A stretch of 64,000 nucleotides of DNA from assembly GCA_963662315.1 (NCBI GenBank), contig OY759353.1, positions 768,001 to 832,000 of the forward strand, in the 5' to 3' direction. The notes under the pieces are model-generated. The model was not told the DNA's origin. It ran no database searches and worked only from the letters and a program-made list of their open reading frames with translations. Positions 63,042-64,000 of this stretch are shown in pieces. Positions within the stretch are counted from its first letter, which is position 1. Each line of letters opens with the position of its first letter. The stretch comes from Geopsychrobacteraceae bacterium (lineage in GTDB: Bacteria > Desulfobacterota > Desulfuromonadia > Desulfuromonadales > Geopsychrobacteraceae). A program made the translations under genes and the position numbers.

Positions 63042-63952
63042 ACGAGCCTCTCAGCTGTCTTAAGTGCTGCAGACGTCATGATATCGAGGTTCCCCGCATA
63101 GGATGGCAGGTAATGAGCAGCGCCTTCAACTTCAAGAAAAATAGAGGTTTTAAGCCCGGAAAACTGTCCATATCCAGGGATGTTAACCGGTCTATTCGCC
63201 TCAATTTTATCGATCTGGACTTGCTGTTTAAGTCGATAACCTGGGACATAGGCCTGGACTTTTTCAACCATTTGAGCAATTGATTGCACGATCTCTTCAG
63301 GAGCAGCATCCTGACTCAGAACGTATACGGTGTCACGCATGATGACCGGCGGTTCAGCGGGATTTAAGATGATGATGGCTTTACCCCGATCTGCCCCGCC
63401 GACAGTTTCGATAGCTCGCGAAGTTGTTTCCGTAAACTCGTCAATATTGGCCCTGGTTCCCGGACCGGCAGATTTGGATGAAATGGAGGCAACAATTTCT
63501 GCATAGGGAACACGTTTCGATACTCTGGCAACTGCTGCGACCATAGGAATAGTCGCCTGCCCTCCACAGGTAACCATATTCAGATTGTCTTTATCCAGAT
63601 GTTCATCGAAATTAACGACTGGAACAACATATGGGCCAACTGCGGCAGGGGTAAGATCTATAACTTTTTTACCATCTCTGCGTAAAATTTCTGCATGGTG
63701 GTAATGCGCACCGGCGGAAGTTGCATCGAAAACAATTTGAATATCTTTATATAAGGGCATTTTTAAAAGGCCGTCTATCCCCTCATGAGTAACAGGAATA
63801 TTCATCTTTTGGGCGCGAGCCAAACCGTCAGAGCCCGCATCGATCCCAACCAAGACAACCATCTCCAGCACCTGTGACAGCTTTGTAATTTTAATCATCA
63901 GGTCTGTTCCTATGTTTCCCGAACCTATGATGGCAACTTTGGTAAGCGGCAT
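63038..63952 (-). CDS. dmpF: Acetaldehyde dehydrogenase (acetylating)
   Basis: '[11 protein letters not shown]', '[12 protein letters not shown]', '[11 protein letters not shown]', 'YAGNLDIMT'. Confidence 0.95.
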   Translation of the reverse strand: MPLTKVAIIGSGNIGTDLMIKITKLSQVLEMVVLVGIDAGSDGLARAQKMNIPVTHEGIDGLLKMPLYKDIQIVFDATSAGAHYHHAEILRRDGKKVIDLTPAAVGPYVVPVVNFDEHLDKDNLNMVTCGGQATIPMVAAVARVSKRVPYAEIVASISSKSAGPGTRANIDEFTETTSRAIETVGGADRGKAIIILNPAEPPVIMRDTVYVLSQDAAPEEIVQSIAQMVEKVQAYVPGYRLKQQVQIDKIEANRPVNIPGYGQFSGLKTSIFLEVEGAAHYLPSYAGNLDIMTSAALKTAERLV

Positions 63953-64000
63953 GCAATTTCTCCTTGATTGCGGTGATTATTCGATCAGAGACAATTCAAC

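Overview
The window comes from a deltaproteobacterial chromosome, probably Desulfuromonadales-like (inferred from gene order and protein style), and appears to span the replication terminus. Most of it is core genome: recG 3' end, qor, tRNA-Pro, ppx, Na/Pi transporter, ihfB, secG, tRNA-Leu, the rimP-nusA-ylxR-infB-rbfA-nrnA-truB-rpsO-pnp-dut cluster, mutS-amiA-glnD-xerD-apgM-holC, pfkA, maeB, thrC, glnB-glnA, lysA, two pilT paralogues, cowN and dmpFG. The exception is 1485-4900. A dif-like 28-mer (1485-1512) is followed by a 2538-bp integrase-less, capsid-less element. It encodes an unknown 136-aa protein coupled to a Rep_trans rolling-circle initiator and a ribbon-helix-helix regulator. It also carries two GC hairpins sharing a CTGTAACAC loop motif and a candidate antisense RNA with three CGCCAA/UUGGCG-capped stem-loops under a near-consensus promoter. 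The element ends at a second half-degenerate dif site (4023-4050), followed by a related, rep-deleted second copy. I interpret this as a tandem array of minimal Xer-exploiting (IMEX-like) rolling-circle elements at dif. All calls were made by eye from the sequence and the supplied translations; no searches were run.
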